NCBI GenBank assembly: GCA_949289785.1
Contig: CASEOW010000043.1
Location: 1 to 61,530, forward strand
Source of the DNA: an uncultured Bacillota bacterium
GTDB taxonomy: Bacteria; Bacillota; Clostridia; Christensenellales; UBA1242
DNA: 61,530 bases
Reading direction: 5' to 3'
The notes under the pieces: generated by a model
Databases searched by the model: none
The model's input: only the letters and a program-made list of their open reading frames with translations
What the model was told of the DNA's origin: nothing
Shown here: piece by piece, positions 29,886 to 40,041 of the stretch
Layout of the letters: each line of letters opens with the position of its first letter
Position numbering within the stretch: the stretch's first letter is position 1
Program-made: the position numbers and the translations under genes

Positions 29886-30150
29886 TATTATAGAGTTAAT
29901 ATAGTGTCAATTAGAGTGCATTTTATCTATATTAATCTGCTAATATTTGTAACAACACTTTTATAATCATAAAAGTTTTTATATAAAATATAAAATTAAT
30001 AAATTTAAAATTAATACAAAGGGGTTACCGGCTTACGCTTGCATATTCCTTTATAATGTAGATTTTTTTCACATGGACAAGCCATGTATACATATATATA
30101 AACTGAATATCAAATGCAAATGTATGTCTCTACCCTATAGGGAGCATATA

Positions 30151-31503
30151 ATGAAAAGCAAGAGAGAAAATAATAATGTTAACAACGATGACATTAAGAA
30201 ATTATCAACTAAACAAGAAAATAATTTAAGTGACAAAGGTGACAATATTTTTTCGAGCCATAAAGACAAAGAAAACGATTATGAATTTATACAAAATCAA
30301 GATGGCTCTTTTAAAATAAACAAAAAGAATAAACAATCTAGCAAAAATAAATCTTTTTCTCTAATTGATGGAGAAAGTATTGATGATGTCACAAATTTAT
30401 CAAACGATGTTGATATAGAAAAAATTGCAGATTTTGAAAGCAATGACAATACTGATACTAAAAAAAATAAAAATAAATCATTTAAATTTATTAAAAGTAA
30501 ATCAGAAAAAAAACTAAGAAAATCTAAACAAAAACAAGAACAAGAAAGAAAGGAAAAAGAATACCAAAAAGGAACATTTAAAAAGAATATGAAATCCTTA
30601 GCAATTTTATTAGTTCTAGGTATTTTTACTGGAAGCGGACTTGGTGTTTGGTATTTTAATTACGCTTTAAAAAGCAAAGTAGATTATTCTCTATATGAAG
30701 TTAATGAATATTTACCTGATATAAATCAAAGATTTAGTTCTTTATTTGGAATTACTAACGAAGAAGATAAAGAGAATTGGGTTGATATAGCTAGAGAGCA
30801 AGGTTACGAAAATCCTCTAGATAGTAGATTAACCCCTATAGATAATTATTTATTAGCTATGTACAATGCAGAGCAAGAAGAAGAATTCGTTATTGAATCT
30901 AATGGACTTGTTAAATCAATGGGAACTTCTCAAACTGTTTACAGTTTAAAAACTTTTAATGGAAATCTTTACACTTTTGAAAGTATAAGTACTGGTTTTA
31001 TTACCATAGCTTTTCATGATGAAATGCCTTTAGATGAAAGTGGAAATCCAGAGTATGTAGAAATTTACAATGGTAAAAAAGGAACTATTACAGCAACATC
31101 TGCTGAATGGGAACTTGATGAAAGATTATCAATTAGCGATTACAAAGAAGAAACTGGAGGATTATTAAGCACCCTTAATCCTTATATCATTTCTGAAAAA
31201 ACTGTTTTAAACCTTGATACTATTGAAATTACAGTTACAGAAGAAGGCTATTATTCTATGACATTTGAACTTCACCCTATCTATAGTGTTCTTAACTATT
31301 ATAGACAAGTAAGAAGAACAGGACAACTTGAAGCAGATCCATATTTTAGTAGTTTATCTCAAACTATTGTTATAGATAAAGATTGGAATATGATTTCTAC
31401 TTATGTCGAAGAAAATTATAACGCCGTAAAAATGGGATTTGGAGCAAAATGTTATGGTACATTACTTCAGGAATTTTATTTCGACGGATCTTATGAAAAT
31501 TAA
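30151..31503 (+). CDS. Type II membrane protein of unknown function
   Basis: Start moved to the ATG after GGGAG; about 145-aa charged N-terminus, one TM (LAILLVLGIFTGSGLGVWYF), beta-rich acidic C-domain. Confidence 0.8.
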   Translation: MKSKRENNNVNNDDIKKLSTKQENNLSDKGDNIFSSHKDKENDYEFIQNQDGSFKINKKNKQSSKNKSFSLIDGESIDDVTNLSNDVDIEKIADFESNDNTDTKKNKNKSFKFIKSKSEKKLRKSKQKQEQERKEKEYQKGTFKKNMKSLAILLVLGIFTGSGLGVWYFNYALKSKVDYSLYEVNEYLPDINQRFSSLFGITNEEDKENWVDIAREQGYENPLDSRLTPIDNYLLAMYNAEQEEEFVIESNGLVKSMGTSQTVYSLKTFNGNLYTFESISTGFITIAFHDEMPLDESGNPEYVEIYNGKKGTITATSAEWELDERLSISDYKEETGGLLSTLNPYIISEKTVLNLDTIEITVTEEGYYSMTFELHPIYSVLNYYRQVRRTGQLEADPYFSSLSQTIVIDKDWNMISTYVEENYNAVKMGFGAKCYGTLLQEFYFDGSYEN

Positions 31504-31597
31504 CATTTTAAGTCTTAACATTTCCATCAACTATTTAAACATTTAATAAAATTTGTTTGATTTGAAATATTTACAATTTAAATAAAAAGGAAAAAAT

Positions 31598-34500
31598 ATG
31601 AAAAAGAAAATTGTACTTTATTCAATATTGTATATGATTGTTTCAATAGCATCGGCTTTTGGTGCTATTAAGATTTCTACATTCTTACAAAATAGTTCTT
31701 CAAAAAAAAGCGAAACTCCCCCATATCAACTTGTTAAAATAGTTGATAATATTACTAATTCAAATAATTTAGATATAGATTTAAATTTAGATTTAAATTC
31801 TTCTGACGATAATTATAAACTATTATTAGATGCTGATGTGGATATGTCAGATAAAAATAATGTTCAAATGCAAATGAATATTGATTTAGAAAATAATGAA
31901 TCTTCACTTTTTACTACATCTTTTAAATACCTTGACAACACGGTTTATCTTTCACTTCCTGGACAAAATTTATCTTTTAAAGCCAATAATCTTTTTCAAA
32001 CAATTTTTGACACTATAAAACCTATACTTGCTAATGTTGGATTTAATCTTGATGAATTATCACTTGATGATATTTTAATAATGCTAAACAATTTTACAGA
32101 AACTAAGAATAAAGACAGTATAATTTTAGATATAGCTTTACCGGTAGTAAATATAAATTTATCTTTAATATGTGATAGATTATACAATTTAACCCAAATC
32201 ATCCTTCCTGAACTATCTCTCTCTGATAGTGAAGACAATAAACAAACAATTTCTTTAAATGCAAACATAGCATACCCTGAAAAAACAAGTATTGAAAACA
32301 ATTCTTCAGATTTTAAAGACATTTCTAATATTATCAATATAGCGTCAGATATATTATCTAACAAAGGACTTGCTTTCAATGTTGATTTAAACTATGGAGA
32401 TTTTTCTACAAATGGAGAAATTAAAATAGATTTGAAAAATTTTAATACACTTTTAGCATTAAATTACAATGATATTGCTTTGAACCTGATATTTAAAGAT
32501 GATGTAATATATACTGAAATAGGAAATTTATATTTTAAATTCGCTCTAGAAGATTTAGATAAATTAAATGAATTGCTTCTTTCTAAATTCAATTTTGAAA
32601 TACCACAAAATTTAATTACTAATATACTAGACATTTTAAGAAATAAAGATTTCGAAAAAATTTTATCATTAGTTGATTTTTCAAATTTTAATCTTTCATC
32701 TTTAAATATAAATAATTTAAACAAACTTGATTTAAGTTTCTTAGATCAAATAGAAATAGATGGAAATACCACAATTATTAATATTGAAAAATTAGGTAAA
32801 ATTTATTTAGTTCTTAATAATGAAAATAAACTTTCTCAAGTAAGTTTAAATAGCGACATAATAAATTTTAATTTTAATAGAAAAGACTTTGAAGAAATCT
32901 CATTATCTTATGATGAAAATTTATATCAAGATTTAACAACACTTTTACCCGTTTTAAATAGCATTCTTTCAATAATTGATTCTAATTCTTTACAAGGACA
33001 ATTTACTATTTTATATAAAGAAATGCAATTTGATTTTAATTTAAATTTATCTATTAAAGATGAAATTTATCTTGAAATGACATCAATAATATTAGGGCAA
33101 AATTTAAATATTACTCTTTTAAATGATACAATATATGTAGAATTTTCAGATAGCAAATTAAAGTTAAATATAAATGATACTCAAGCTTTGACAGAGTTAT
33201 TTGAAAAATATTTGGGTGAAAATATAGATATAACTAATACATTAAATAGTTTAATCTCTATTCTTAATCCTGCAAATATTCCAACTTTAATCTCTAATAT
33301 TAATCAACAAGAAGATAACATAATTATTTCATTATTTAATGGATTAGATATAACAATTTATCCAAATGAAAAATCTTTACAAATTTTAACAAATATTGAA
33401 AATACTCAAATATCTTTAAAAGTTGAAGGTTCAGAACAACAAATAATCAAAAAAGAAATAAATTCAAATGAATATATTGACATTGTGTCATTTATTCCTT
33501 TAATTGAAAATCTAATTGAATATATAAGTTCTAACAAATATTTTGCTAACTTTAATATTTCTTACAATAATATATCTGCTATTGGCGCAATAAATTATGA
33601 AAATGGAACAATTTCTTTAATTTCAACTATTAAAGCTTATAATCAACAAATAGATATAACTTTAAAAGACCAAATTATTTATCTATCTTTCTTAGAAAAT
33701 AATTTTAAATTCAAACTTAGTGATTTTGATAAAGTAAAAAATTTCATTTCTAATAATTTAGGTATAGAAATTGGGAATATTATAGATTCTTTAACAAATC
33801 AAAATTTTGATATTTTAAATTTAATTCAAAATACTAAAATAAATATTAAAAATGACAAAATTATTATTACTAATGGTCAGTTTAATTTAGAATTAATGAT
33901 TACAGATAATATGCTTGACACTATTACTGTAACATATCAAGATTTAATTGCAAATTTATCTTTAACTTCTTCCCCTACAGAAATAAATATTGTCAAAGAT
34001 TATATAGACATAATAAATTATCTTCCAACTATTGAAAATATTTATAATTATATAAAAAATAAAGAATATTTTGTAGAATTTGACGTAAATGTTGATGATA
34101 TAAAAATTAACGGATTTATTAATTATTACAACCATGTTTTATCAGCATTTGGAAATATAAATATATTTGGTGTCATTGCTGATTTCGCACTTCAAGATAA
34201 CACAATTTATATTGATTTATATCAAACAAAATTAAAATTTGAATTATCTGATTTTAATACTTTAAGAGAATTTTTAAATAATACATTTGGATTAAATATT
34301 AACCAGATTGATAATATATTAGAATCAATTAAAGAATTGAAAATTAATGAAAATGACATACAAGATATTTTATCTAAACTTACCTTAAGTATTACTGAAG
34401 ATAAAATTAATATAAACTATGAAAATATTTTTGCAGAAGTTGATATTTCTTCAAATAACCTTCAAGGAGCAAAAATTAATTATCAAGATATAACAGCTAA

Positions 34501-37500
34501 TCTAAAAATTTGCAATTCCCCTAACGAAACAACTATTTCAGGAGAATATATTGATTTAATTGATTTTATACCAACTATTGAAAATGTTTACAATTTAATT
34601 ACTAGTGAAAATATTTATTTAAATTTTAACGCTAATTATGACCAAATTAAATTAATTGGTGGAATAAATATAGAAAATAAAAACATTTCAATTTATGCTA
34701 CTTTATTATTCAATGATTTAAAAGCTGAGATAATATTAAAAGACAAAATTGTTTATATTTCATATGATAATGCTAAAATTAAATTTGATATTAAAGATAT
34801 AGAAATCTTAAAAGAGTTCTTATATAAAAATTTCGGAATTGATTTATCAACAATCCTCAATGATTTTAATAATATTGATTTTAACGATATTATAGATAAA
34901 ATAAAAGAAGATAGTATCCAAGATTTAATCAAAACACTTTCAATTTCTATTACATTAGATTCAATTAAAGCAAGTATAGAAAATTTAAATATTCAAATAA
35001 ATTTATCTGACAATAATATAAATAGTATTACATTAAACTATAACGAAATAAATGCTGATTTAACAGTATCTACTTCACCTACTAATATTGAAATAACTGG
35101 AGAATATATTAATTTAATAGATTTACTTCCTAATATAGAAAATGTTTATAATTATATAAAAAATCAACAATATTTCATTGATTTTGAAGGAAATTATAAA
35201 GACATATACTTCTCAGGTGCTTTTAATTTTGACAAAGGAAAATTGTCACTATCTGTATTTATTAAAGCGTTTAGTCAAGAAGCTAACATAATATTCCAAG
35301 ATAATAAAGTTTATGTAAAAGTAAATCAAATAAAAATTTTCTTAGATTTACAAGAAATTGATAAATTGGCTACTCTTTTAAATAACACATTTAATATAGA
35401 TGTTATTAATATACTCAACAAAATTAAAAATATAGATTTTAATAATGTTACTATTGATGACTTAAAGACACTTATAAGTGATATAAACTTGGATAATAAT
35501 CTTGACATATCCACAATTATCAATTCTTTGAAATTATCTATCAGTCAAGATAATATAAATATCAGTTTAAAAGATATAATAATTAACTTATTCTTTAATG
35601 ATAATATGTTAAATTCTATAGACATTAATTATAATGATTTGAATTTAACTTTCAATATTTTATCTATTCCTGCAATATTTGAACCTGTTACTGATGAATA
35701 TATAAATTTAATCAACTTAATTCCAACTGTAGAAAATGTATATAATTATATACAAAATGAAACTTTTTATCTCGATTTCATTTTAGATTATGATAATATT
35801 CAAGTAAAAGGTAATATTAATGTTGTAAATGGTGAAATTGAAGCTTTAGCTAATTTAAGTTATAATGGTTTAAATGCAAAAATTTCATTCTTAAATAACA
35901 ATTTATATATTGATATAAACGAAATTAAACTTGTAGCAAGTTTAAATGATATAGATTATATTTGTGATTTCGTTTATAATAGATTTAATTATGATATTAA
36001 ATCTTTAATTGAAGAAATAAAGCAAAAATTATTTAATACTGATATTAAACAATTTTTAGCTAGCGCAGTAATATCATTAACAGAAAATCAAATTAATATT
36101 GATTTACCTGATTTAAGTAATTTAAGTGTTGTAATAGAAATAAACAATAATATGATTTCTGACATTATGCTTAATTATGAAAATATTCAAGCATATATTG
36201 AAATTGCATCTAATCCAACTGAGATTATTGTTTCAGGACAATATTATCAAATTAAAGATATAATTTCATCAGTTGATTCTATTTTTGAGTTTGTAAATCA
36301 AAAACAATTTGATATAAATGCAGAAATCAAACTAAATGACGATATTATTAATGGCGATATAAAAGTTGACCTTACTGAAGAAATCAATTTAAGTGCTAAT
36401 GTTTGGTCTGAAACATTAGAAAACATGGATATCTCGGCAAATATAGAAAACAAAATGTTGTATTTTGATTATAATGGACTTTGTCTTAAAATAAACAATG
36501 ATAATTTTAACGAACTTCTATATATAATCTTAGAAGTTTTAGGAATTGATCCAAGTATTTTACCTTTTTTGCAAGATGTTGACTTAGATTTAAACTTCGG
36601 GCAATTACAAGATGATTTCAGTTCTTTAATGGGTGAAATAACTATAGATAAAGTTATTGAAATTATAAATATGCTTGCTAGTTTTGAATATCATGATGGA
36701 ATTTTATCTATAGAACTTTATGGAAATAAATTATTTAATAATGATAATGCACCAAATCTTAAAATCAATTTAACTACTACTGAAAATAAAATTACTTCTA
36801 TTGAAATTAAAAATATTTATACAGACAATACCCTTTCACAAAAAGTTGACGCTGTTATTAATTTTAATAACTTTACTTCTATAAGTCCAGTTGATCAAAC
36901 TAAAAATTATATTGATATTTCTGGAGCTAATGAAATCATAAAAGCTATAGTTAATATGAGTAACGATACACAATTCCATATTAAAGGCACTCTCCATCTT
37001 GCTGGAAATTTGATTGGTATTGATATAGAAAAAGATGTTCCATTTGATATAAAATTAAAAATACTAGAAGATAGAACTGTCGAAGCATATGCCGTTATTG
37101 GAGTTATACCTGTAATAGTTGGTGTTAATGCTGATCAATATCAATTTGGTGACGCAAATCAAAGAAATAGAATGCTTTATATATATGTAAAAGGTGATAA
37201 AATATATATGTACAGAACTGAAGAAGTTTTTTCTCTTGGTTGGCGTGAACATAGACTAGGAACTTCAATGACAGTGAATGATTTCTTGAAAAATCCATTC
37301 TATTATATACAATTAGGTACAGGTTTTTCGGACAGCATTATAAATGCTATAAAAGAAGCTATTAGTGCTGAAAGAACTAACCCATTAAATTATGGAAATA
37401 TAATCAAAAGTTTTGACTCAACTACTAACACTATTAATTTAAATATGCGTGAAATTGCTGATGCAGAAGAACTTGATACATTGACACTTACTTTAAACAT

Positions 37501-37708
37501 TGATAAAGATAGTAAGAATCAAAATTATTTGTCAGGTGCAAAAATGTCAATGAATATGCCACTTTCAAAAGATGTATTTGAATTAAATATTTCTTCAAAT
37601 GATATTCAAATGGTTGATTATGGTAAAGAAGTAGATACAAGTGCTGTATCAAAATATATTAATTCTTACACATATGAATTCGGTCAATATTGGCAATACA
37701 GAACATAA
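31598..37708 (+). CDS. 2036-aa exported or membrane-anchored tandem-repeat protein
   Basis: MKKK plus hydrophobic N-terminus; recurring YI[DN][LI]...IP.IEN.Y.YI motif; rich in I/N/L/D. Confidence 0.88.
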   Translation: MKKKIVLYSILYMIVSIASAFGAIKISTFLQNSSSKKSETPPYQLVKIVDNITNSNNLDIDLNLDLNSSDDNYKLLLDADVDMSDKNNVQMQMNIDLENNESSLFTTSFKYLDNTVYLSLPGQNLSFKANNLFQTIFDTIKPILANVGFNLDELSLDDILIMLNNFTETKNKDSIILDIALPVVNINLSLICDRLYNLTQIILPELSLSDSEDNKQTISLNANIAYPEKTSIENNSSDFKDISNIINIASDILSNKGLAFNVDLNYGDFSTNGEIKIDLKNFNTLLALNYNDIALNLIFKDDVIYTEIGNLYFKFALEDLDKLNELLLSKFNFEIPQNLITNILDILRNKDFEKILSLVDFSNFNLSSLNINNLNKLDLSFLDQIEIDGNTTIINIEKLGKIYLVLNNENKLSQVSLNSDIINFNFNRKDFEEISLSYDENLYQDLTTLLPVLNSILSIIDSNSLQGQFTILYKEMQFDFNLNLSIKDEIYLEMTSIILGQNLNITLLNDTIYVEFSDSKLKLNINDTQALTELFEKYLGENIDITNTLNSLISILNPANIPTLISNINQQEDNIIISLFNGLDITIYPNEKSLQILTNIENTQISLKVEGSEQQIIKKEINSNEYIDIVSFIPLIENLIEYISSNKYFANFNISYNNISAIGAINYENGTISLISTIKAYNQQIDITLKDQIIYLSFLENNFKFKLSDFDKVKNFISNNLGIEIGNIIDSLTNQNFDILNLIQNTKINIKNDKIIITNGQFNLELMITDNMLDTITVTYQDLIANLSLTSSPTEINIVKDYIDIINYLPTIENIYNYIKNKEYFVEFDVNVDDIKINGFINYYNHVLSAFGNINIFGVIADFALQDNTIYIDLYQTKLKFELSDFNTLREFLNNTFGLNINQIDNILESIKELKINENDIQDILSKLTLSITEDKININYENIFAEVDISSNNLQGAKINYQDITANLKICNSPNETTISGEYIDLIDFIPTIENVYNLITSENIYLNFNANYDQIKLIGGINIENKNISIYATLLFNDLKAEIILKDKIVYISYDNAKIKFDIKDIEILKEFLYKNFGIDLSTILNDFNNIDFNDIIDKIKEDSIQDLIKTLSISITLDSIKASIENLNIQINLSDNNINSITLNYNEINADLTVSTSPTNIEITGEYINLIDLLPNIENVYNYIKNQQYFIDFEGNYKDIYFSGAFNFDKGKLSLSVFIKAFSQEANIIFQDNKVYVKVNQIKIFLDLQEIDKLATLLNNTFNIDVINILNKIKNIDFNNVTIDDLKTLISDINLDNNLDISTIINSLKLSISQDNINISLKDIIINLFFNDNMLNSIDINYNDLNLTFNILSIPAIFEPVTDEYINLINLIPTVENVYNYIQNETFYLDFILDYDNIQVKGNINVVNGEIEALANLSYNGLNAKISFLNNNLYIDINEIKLVASLNDIDYICDFVYNRFNYDIKSLIEEIKQKLFNTDIKQFLASAVISLTENQINIDLPDLSNLSVVIEINNNMISDIMLNYENIQAYIEIASNPTEIIVSGQYYQIKDIISSVDSIFEFVNQKQFDINAEIKLNDDIINGDIKVDLTEEINLSANVWSETLENMDISANIENKMLYFDYNGLCLKINNDNFNELLYIILEVLGIDPSILPFLQDVDLDLNFGQLQDDFSSLMGEITIDKVIEIINMLASFEYHDGILSIELYGNKLFNNDNAPNLKINLTTTENKITSIEIKNIYTDNTLSQKVDAVINFNNFTSISPVDQTKNYIDISGANEIIKAIVNMSNDTQFHIKGTLHLAGNLIGIDIEKDVPFDIKLKILEDRTVEAYAVIGVIPVIVGVNADQYQFGDANQRNRMLYIYVKGDKIYMYRTEEVFSLGWREHRLGTSMTVNDFLKNPFYYIQLGTGFSDSIINAIKEAISAERTNPLNYGNIIKSFDSTTNTINLNMREIADAEELDTLTLTLNIDKDSKNQNYLSGAKMSMNMPLSKDVFELNISSNDIQMVDYGKEVDTSAVSKYINSYTYEFGQYWQYRT
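32309..36990 (+). repeat. Degenerate intragenic tandem repeats, 528-666 bp period
   Basis: Anchor motif at 32309, 32921, 33470, 33998, 34544, 35102, 35696, 36239, 36905. Confidence 0.85.
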
Positions 37709-37736
37709 AAAAAATGCTCATAAGAGCATTTTTTTT
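37707..37736. terminator. Bidirectional terminator
   Basis: aaaaaaatgctc-ataa-gagcattttttt. Confidence 0.88.
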
Positions 37737-37953
37737 AAATTGGTATATAGCCAAATGGTTTAATACGTTCTGCTTCAATTTCAACATAAAAAATATTTTT
37801 TTCATTTTCCTTTTTAAATCTAACCTTAATATCTTTTTGAAAACTAATATAATTCTCTATTATAGGCTTTAGTTCATCTTTTAAAATATCACATACAAAT
37901 TGTGGATTTATAATTTTATCTTTTTCCAAGATATAATCAATTCTATTTATCAT
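37735..37953 (-). CDS. minE: Divergent MinE-like protein
   Basis: Directly after minD; RIDYILEKDK ~ RL.LIL..DR, LKDEL..IIENY ~ LK.EI..VI.KY, ends in IPI. Confidence 0.65.
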   Translation of the reverse strand: MINRIDYILEKDKIINPQFVCDILKDELKPIIENYISFQKDIKVRFKKENEKNIFYVEIEAERIKPFGYIPI

Positions 37954-37964
37954 ATTATTACCTT

Positions 37965-38756
37965 CTACACATGTTTTTTAATATTTCTTTTTATATATCC
38001 CATAAGTCCTCTATATTTATAAGTACAATCAAAAATTTTTCTTGAACCATTATGAACATTTTCACTTAACAATGTAAAAGCTCTAGCACTTTCTATTGAT
38101 TGAACACGAGAACCAACTGAACAAGAAGAACCTATAGCATCATCTTCAGGAACAACACCTAATAAAGGAAGATTTAAGGCTTGAACAATATTTTCAATAC
38201 TCATCATATCGCCATTAAGCAATAAATCCCCTCTCATTCTGTTAATAACTAATCCTTTATATTCAATGTTATAGTCATCTAATAGTCCTATTACTTTATC
38301 AGCATCTCTTATTGAAGAAAGATGTGGAGTAACAACTATTATTGCCTCACTTGCTGGAAAAACAGCTCGATGAAAACCTGCTTCGACTCCAGCTGGACAG
38401 TCAATCAAAATGTAATCAAAACTTGAATCTAAAGTATCTATTACATTTTTTATATGTTCACCTAAAACATTTGCCTTACTATAAGAATGAGAAGAAGGCA
38501 TTATATATAAAGAAGATATTTCTTTATCCTGAACAAGAGCTTGTTTTGCTCTACATCTTCCCATTATTACATCAGTAATATCAAAAACAACTTGATTCTC
38601 TACTCCCATAACCACATCTAAATTATTTAAACCTATATCTACATCAAGTAGCAAAACTCTAAAACCAAGTTTAGCAAGATATATTCCAAGATTAGCACAA
38701 ACTGTAGTTTTACCAACTCCACCTTTTCCACTTGTCATAACAATTTTTCTCGCCAT
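37965..38756 (-). CDS. minD: Septum site-determining ATPase
   Basis: TSGKGGVGKTT, DIGL.NLDVVMG.EN, DCPAGVE.GF, SIRDADKVIG. Confidence 0.97.
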   Translation of the reverse strand: MARKIVMTSGKGGVGKTTVCANLGIYLAKLGFRVLLLDVDIGLNNLDVVMGVENQVVFDITDVIMGRCRAKQALVQDKEISSLYIMPSSHSYSKANVLGEHIKNVIDTLDSSFDYILIDCPAGVEAGFHRAVFPASEAIIVVTPHLSSIRDADKVIGLLDDYNIEYKGLVINRMRGDLLLNGDMMSIENIVQALNLPLLGVVPEDDAIGSSCSVGSRVQSIESARAFTLLSENVHNGSRKIFDCTYKYRGLMGYIKRNIKKHV

Positions 38757-38836
38757 TTTTACCCCTTTATATCTTAATTAAAAATATTTAATTACACTTA
38801 TTTAATACAAAAAAATTTTATCAAATTTAAACAAAT

Positions 38837-38871
38837 AAAAAAAGGATAGAATTGTCAATTTCTACCCTTTA
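38837..38871 (-). terminator. Probable terminator after the mreB-like gene
   Basis: Imperfect aaagg.tagaa/ttctacccttt stem with a minus-strand T-run. Confidence 0.5.
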
Positions 38872-38952
38872 TTGTATATTTTTGTCTATTTTACATTTTG
38901 GCACAATATATATAATGTAATTTAATAAAAATAATATTCAAAAGATATTATA

Positions 38953-39954
38953 CTAAATATTTTCTATAATTTTGTTTAAAAGTTGTTCATCATCTAATAG
39001 TTTACCAGCTCCAATAATTGTAACATTCTCACTATCTTCTACAATTTTAAATGGATAACTAAAATGATGTTTTAAATAATATTCTAAACCTGAAATGTTG
39101 CTCATACCACCCACAAAATAAACGCCATTATTAATAACATCTTGTGCTATTTCAGGTGGTAAAGATGTAATTGTAACATCAAGTGCCCTAATAATTTCAT
39201 CAAAAAAAGGTTCAAGCACAAGTGAAATATCGCTAGATGAAATTATATAAGATCTAGGAACTTTACTTTCAACATCTACTCCTGTTACTTCCATGTTTAG
39301 AGTATCATTAGGATAAAGACTCCCTACTTCAATTTTTAGTTTTTCACAAGTTGGTACTCCAACAATTAAACCATGATTGTAAGCTATAGTATTTGCTATA
39401 GCAACATCAACAGCTCTTCCTCCTATCCCTAGTGAAGCTCCTTTTATTATGGAATTCATATTCATAACAGCTATATCAGTATTTGCTCCACCAATATTAA
39501 CAAATAAATTTGTTTTAATTGAACTAATATTTTTTCCTGAACCTATTGCAGAACATAAAACTTTAGGTATTAACACAACTTCTTTGAAACCAAGTTCGTA
39601 AAATAATGAAAGCATTTTTTCTTTCTCTTGATTAGATATTCCACAATTTGTTAAAACCAAAATAGAATCTCTTTTTTTCTTAAAATTAAGTTTAGAAAAA
39701 AAGTGGTCAATAAGTGCTTTAAGATATTCATAATTTATTATTTTTCCATCAGAAACAGGACTGAAAGCTTCAACACTATCATTTGTTTTACCTATCATTT
39801 GCTTTGCCTCTTTTCCAAAACCTACAATTTTATAACCTTGTGGAGATGGCTCAGCAGTAACCATTGTTGGTTCACATAGAGCAAAACCATTATCTTTAAC
39901 AAAAATTTTTGTGTTTGAACCTCCAATTTCTATTGCATACTTATATTTATTCAT
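38953..39954 (-). CDS. Divergent MreB/Mbl-family protein
   Basis: EPT.V, P..DG.I, AIG.G, IGG...D.AI, EKLKIE.GS, LPPE.A.D....G....GG; start set at the ATG after GGAGG. Confidence 0.85.
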   Translation of the reverse strand: MNKYKYAIEIGGSNTKIFVKDNGFALCEPTMVTAEPSPQGYKIVGFGKEAKQMIGKTNDSVEAFSPVSDGKIINYEYLKALIDHFFSKLNFKKKRDSILVLTNCGISNQEKEKMLSLFYELGFKEVVLIPKVLCSAIGSGKNISSIKTNLFVNIGGANTDIAVMNMNSIIKGASLGIGGRAVDVAIANTIAYNHGLIVGVPTCEKLKIEVGSLYPNDTLNMEVTGVDVESKVPRSYIISSSDISLVLEPFFDEIIRALDVTITSLPPEIAQDVINNGVYFVGGMSNISGLEYYLKHHFSYPFKIVEDSENVTIIGAGKLLDDEQLLNKIIENI

Positions 39955-40041
39955 GTTTCCTCCATTGTACATTTAAATAATAAAAATTTAACATTTTATA
40001 ATTAGATAAGTCAAAAATTAATATAATTGAATATATTAATA

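Noticed and set aside
30095-30150. Purine riboswitch (GTCTCTACC)
   Set aside because: The P2/P3 stems and loop motifs are absent; kept only as an unclassified leader.
31598-37708. Giant ORF as a phage tape measure, S-layer or toxin gene
   Set aside because: No phage genes nearby, no SLH, RTX or RHS motifs, and the repeats are long and beta-rich rather than short helical Ala/Gly repeats.
38896-38923. dif-like sequence TTTTGGCACAA-TATATA-TAATGTAATTT
   Set aside because: Several mismatches in both Xer arms, no switch in gene orientation around it, and likely by chance at this AT content.
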